Assembly: GCA_900128395.1 (NCBI GenBank)
Contig: LT649307.1
Span: 1 to 40,655 of the forward strand
DNA: 40,655 nucleotides
Direction: 5' to 3'
DNA from: Stramenopiles sp. TOSAG23-2
Lineage: Eukaryota
Positions within the stretch are counted from its first letter, which is position 1. Each line of letters starts with the position of its first letter. Position numbers and translations under genes: made by a program. Positions 38,354 through 40,655 of the stretch are shown one piece after another. The notes under the pieces were generated by a model, which saw nothing but the letters and a program-made list of their open reading frames with translations, was not told where the DNA came from and searched no databases.

Positions 38354-39597
38354 TTACACACTTGATGCTTCTTCTAATAAATCTTCCACACCGTCATCAT
38401 CATCATCATCTTCTTCTTGTACCTCATTACCATCATCTTCCTCCACAATTCCTTGATTTTGTTCTTCATTATTTAATAAATATTTCTCCAACGTCAATTC
38501 ATTACTTAATATTTTCACTTCACCTTCACCTCTCACGGCATTTGCATCTAAATATACCGCATTTACATCTGGTGTACTTGGAACATCAAACATCGTATCT
38601 ACTAAACAATTTTCCATGATTGATCTTAATCCACGTGCACCTGTTCGCTTTGTGATTGCAATTTGTGCACATTCCCTCAATGCATCATCAGTCGCATGAA
38701 AATCAACATTTTGCAAACTAAACAATTCTTTATATTGTTTAATCAATGCATTTTTAGGTTCACATAATATACGTACAAATTGATCCTCCGTCAATGCTTT
38801 GGTGCTGGTAACTAATGGAAAACGCCCAACAAATTCAGGTATTAAACCATATGAACTCAAATCAGATGGTTCTAGCATATCTAACAATGTATTCATTTCC
38901 TTCGTAATTTCCTCCGTTGCTTTTTTCTTTTCAGCAACACTTTTATTATGAAGACTACTACTATGACTATTATCATCATTATATGGATTTGCAGCTACTG
39001 TAGCATTAAATCCAATACCGCGTTCTACAGTACGTTTTGCGATTAAATCTGTTATTCCACTAAATGCACCACCGCATATGAACAAGATATTTTTCGTATC
39101 TATTTGTACTACTTCTGCATTTGGTTGACGGCGTTTTAATGGTACATTGACAATCGAACCTTCTAACATTTTTAACAATGCTTGTTGTACACCTTCTCCA
39201 GACACATCACGAGATAAATTAGCACTTCTTCCACGCTTTCCAATTTTATCAATTTCATCGATGTACACAATACCTTGCTCTGCTTTTGCTACATCTTGAT
39301 CAGCTTCTTGCAATAATTTATACAAAATAGATTCCACATCTTCCCCAACATATCCAGCTTGTGTTAATGATGTTGCATCTGCAATGACCAATGGAACATT
39401 TGCCATTTTTGCCAATGTTTTAGCCATCAGCGTTTTGCCAGTACCAGTAGGGCCGCAAATTAATACATTTGGTTTATCCAATTCGAAAAATGATTTACGT
39501 GCCTCTTCTTTCGCTTTTTGCTCGGACAATATTAAACTTGGTCTACGCATCATTTCATCGTATTTATCTTGTTGTGGTTGAAATGCTCCTGCGTTAC

Positions 39598-39628
<31 letters not shown>

Positions 39629-40543
39629 TTTCGATGCATAAGTTAAAGATTGTTGTTGTTGTGCTTGCATATCACTACGTTTACTGTTGTAATAATCTTT
39701 TCTCCCTTTATCCAAATGATTCACACCATTCATATGATCATTTAACCATTTTTCTCGCTCCTCATTCCATTCGTTGCATGTAATACCCAATCTAGAATGT
39801 GCTTCAAATCGTCGTTTTAAATCATATAAACGTTTATCATCCATATATTTTTCTTCCTCCAAAACCCATTTCTCCCCATATCCATCACCACCATTTTTAA
39901 ATCCAAAGAAATTATCATAAGAATCATCTGTAGCTGTAATATCCTCTTCCTCTTCCCCAGCACTATCATCAATACTTTCATTCACTTTTTGCGTCTTGTT
40001 GCTTTTCTTCTTATTCTTCTTCATTATTTTCGTTTTACTACTACTACTACTACTACTTGTACTGCTACTTTTCCTCTTCTTCTCCGTTGTATATAAATGT
40101 TTATAATCACTTAATTTTACATCTTTCAATTCTTCATCAGTTATACGTTGCATTTCAATATATATTTGCTCTGCATATTGCCGATCTTGAAATCGTTGTT
40201 CTGCCCAATTTTCCTCTTGTAAACGGCTATATTCCAAACGTTGAAAATGATTATGCATACTAACGCTAAGAACTTTCTTCACACGTTCTTGCCCAATAAC
40301 AAATTCTTCTAACCCATCATAAATATCAGCTGGAGTTAACATAGATGCAGGTGTTCTACTAGCTGTTGTTGAGGATGATGATGATTTTGCCCTTGCATTA
40401 TGACTATTTACCAACCGTCGATGTTCCGCACGTCGCCGTTGGTCTATATCTTTCAATATACCAACTGTTTTCGTCTGCCCTTCTTGTAACAATAATTTCT
40501 CCGTAGGAGGTGACAACAAGGGTGCTGGTGCAGTATATTTCAT
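38354..40543 (-). CDS. clpX: ClpX AAA+ unfoldase (probably organellar/mitochondrial); N-terminus likely incomplete
   Basis: [61 protein letters not shown] and TGARGLR. The frame stays open upstream to the window end. Confidence 0.95.
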
Positions 40544-40651
40544 TTCTATTGGTTTCCGTTTTTTGTTTTGTTTGTAAATATTATTATTATGAATAATATT
40601 TTTTTTTCTTAATGGTGGTGATGGATATGGGGAGAAATGGGTTTTGGAGGA
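39855..40651. repeat. Perfect 41-bp inverted copy (39855-39895 vs 40611-40651) at the window end
   Basis: tcctccaaaacccatttctccccatatccatcaccaccatt is the exact reverse complement of 40611-40651. Confidence 0.9.
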
Positions 40652-40655
40652 CCAT

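Noticed and set aside
1-40655. tRNA, rRNA or transposase genes, or a biosynthetic cluster around the peptide precursor
   Set aside because: None recognised by eye; neighbouring genes look unrelated and no maturase lies in the window. tRNAscan-SE and Infernal were not run.

Overview
AT-rich, gene-dense, intron-poor nuclear DNA of a microbial eukaryote in the standard code, with poly-Asn/Gln tracts and one clear GTAAGT..CAG intron. A heterotrophic protist such as a stramenopile is my inference; the sequence does not prove it. About 14 well-supported genes: a secreted lysozyme-like/repeat polyprotein, UDP-GlcNAc pyrophosphorylase, an Asn-rich unknown, a KCTD-type BTB protein, a WW/IQ protein, a DUF285/BspA-like surface protein, an LCIB/theta-carbonic-anhydrase-like protein, a peroxisomal PaaG-like crotonase, a full-length ABCA transporter, an ankyrin-KH protein, a secreted Cys-rich protein, a Pro-rich WH2-like protein, YIPF6 and ClpX. 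There are also candidate micro-genes and two long intergenic hairpins. The best candidate for a new system is at 1-1360 (-): a signal peptide and lysozyme-like domain fused to a cassette of peptide cores separated by acidic spacers. The cores are a repeated Gly/Tyr beta-hairpin-like 23-mer ending in a beta-signal-like motif, two Pro-rich cores and one 4-Cys core, which suggests a multi-peptide antibacterial precursor. Several 110-190 bp tandem duplications and short perfect inverted copies look like assembly or whole-genome-amplification artefacts, so frameshifts and truncations need read-level checks. All family calls come from motif recognition by eye; no searches were run.
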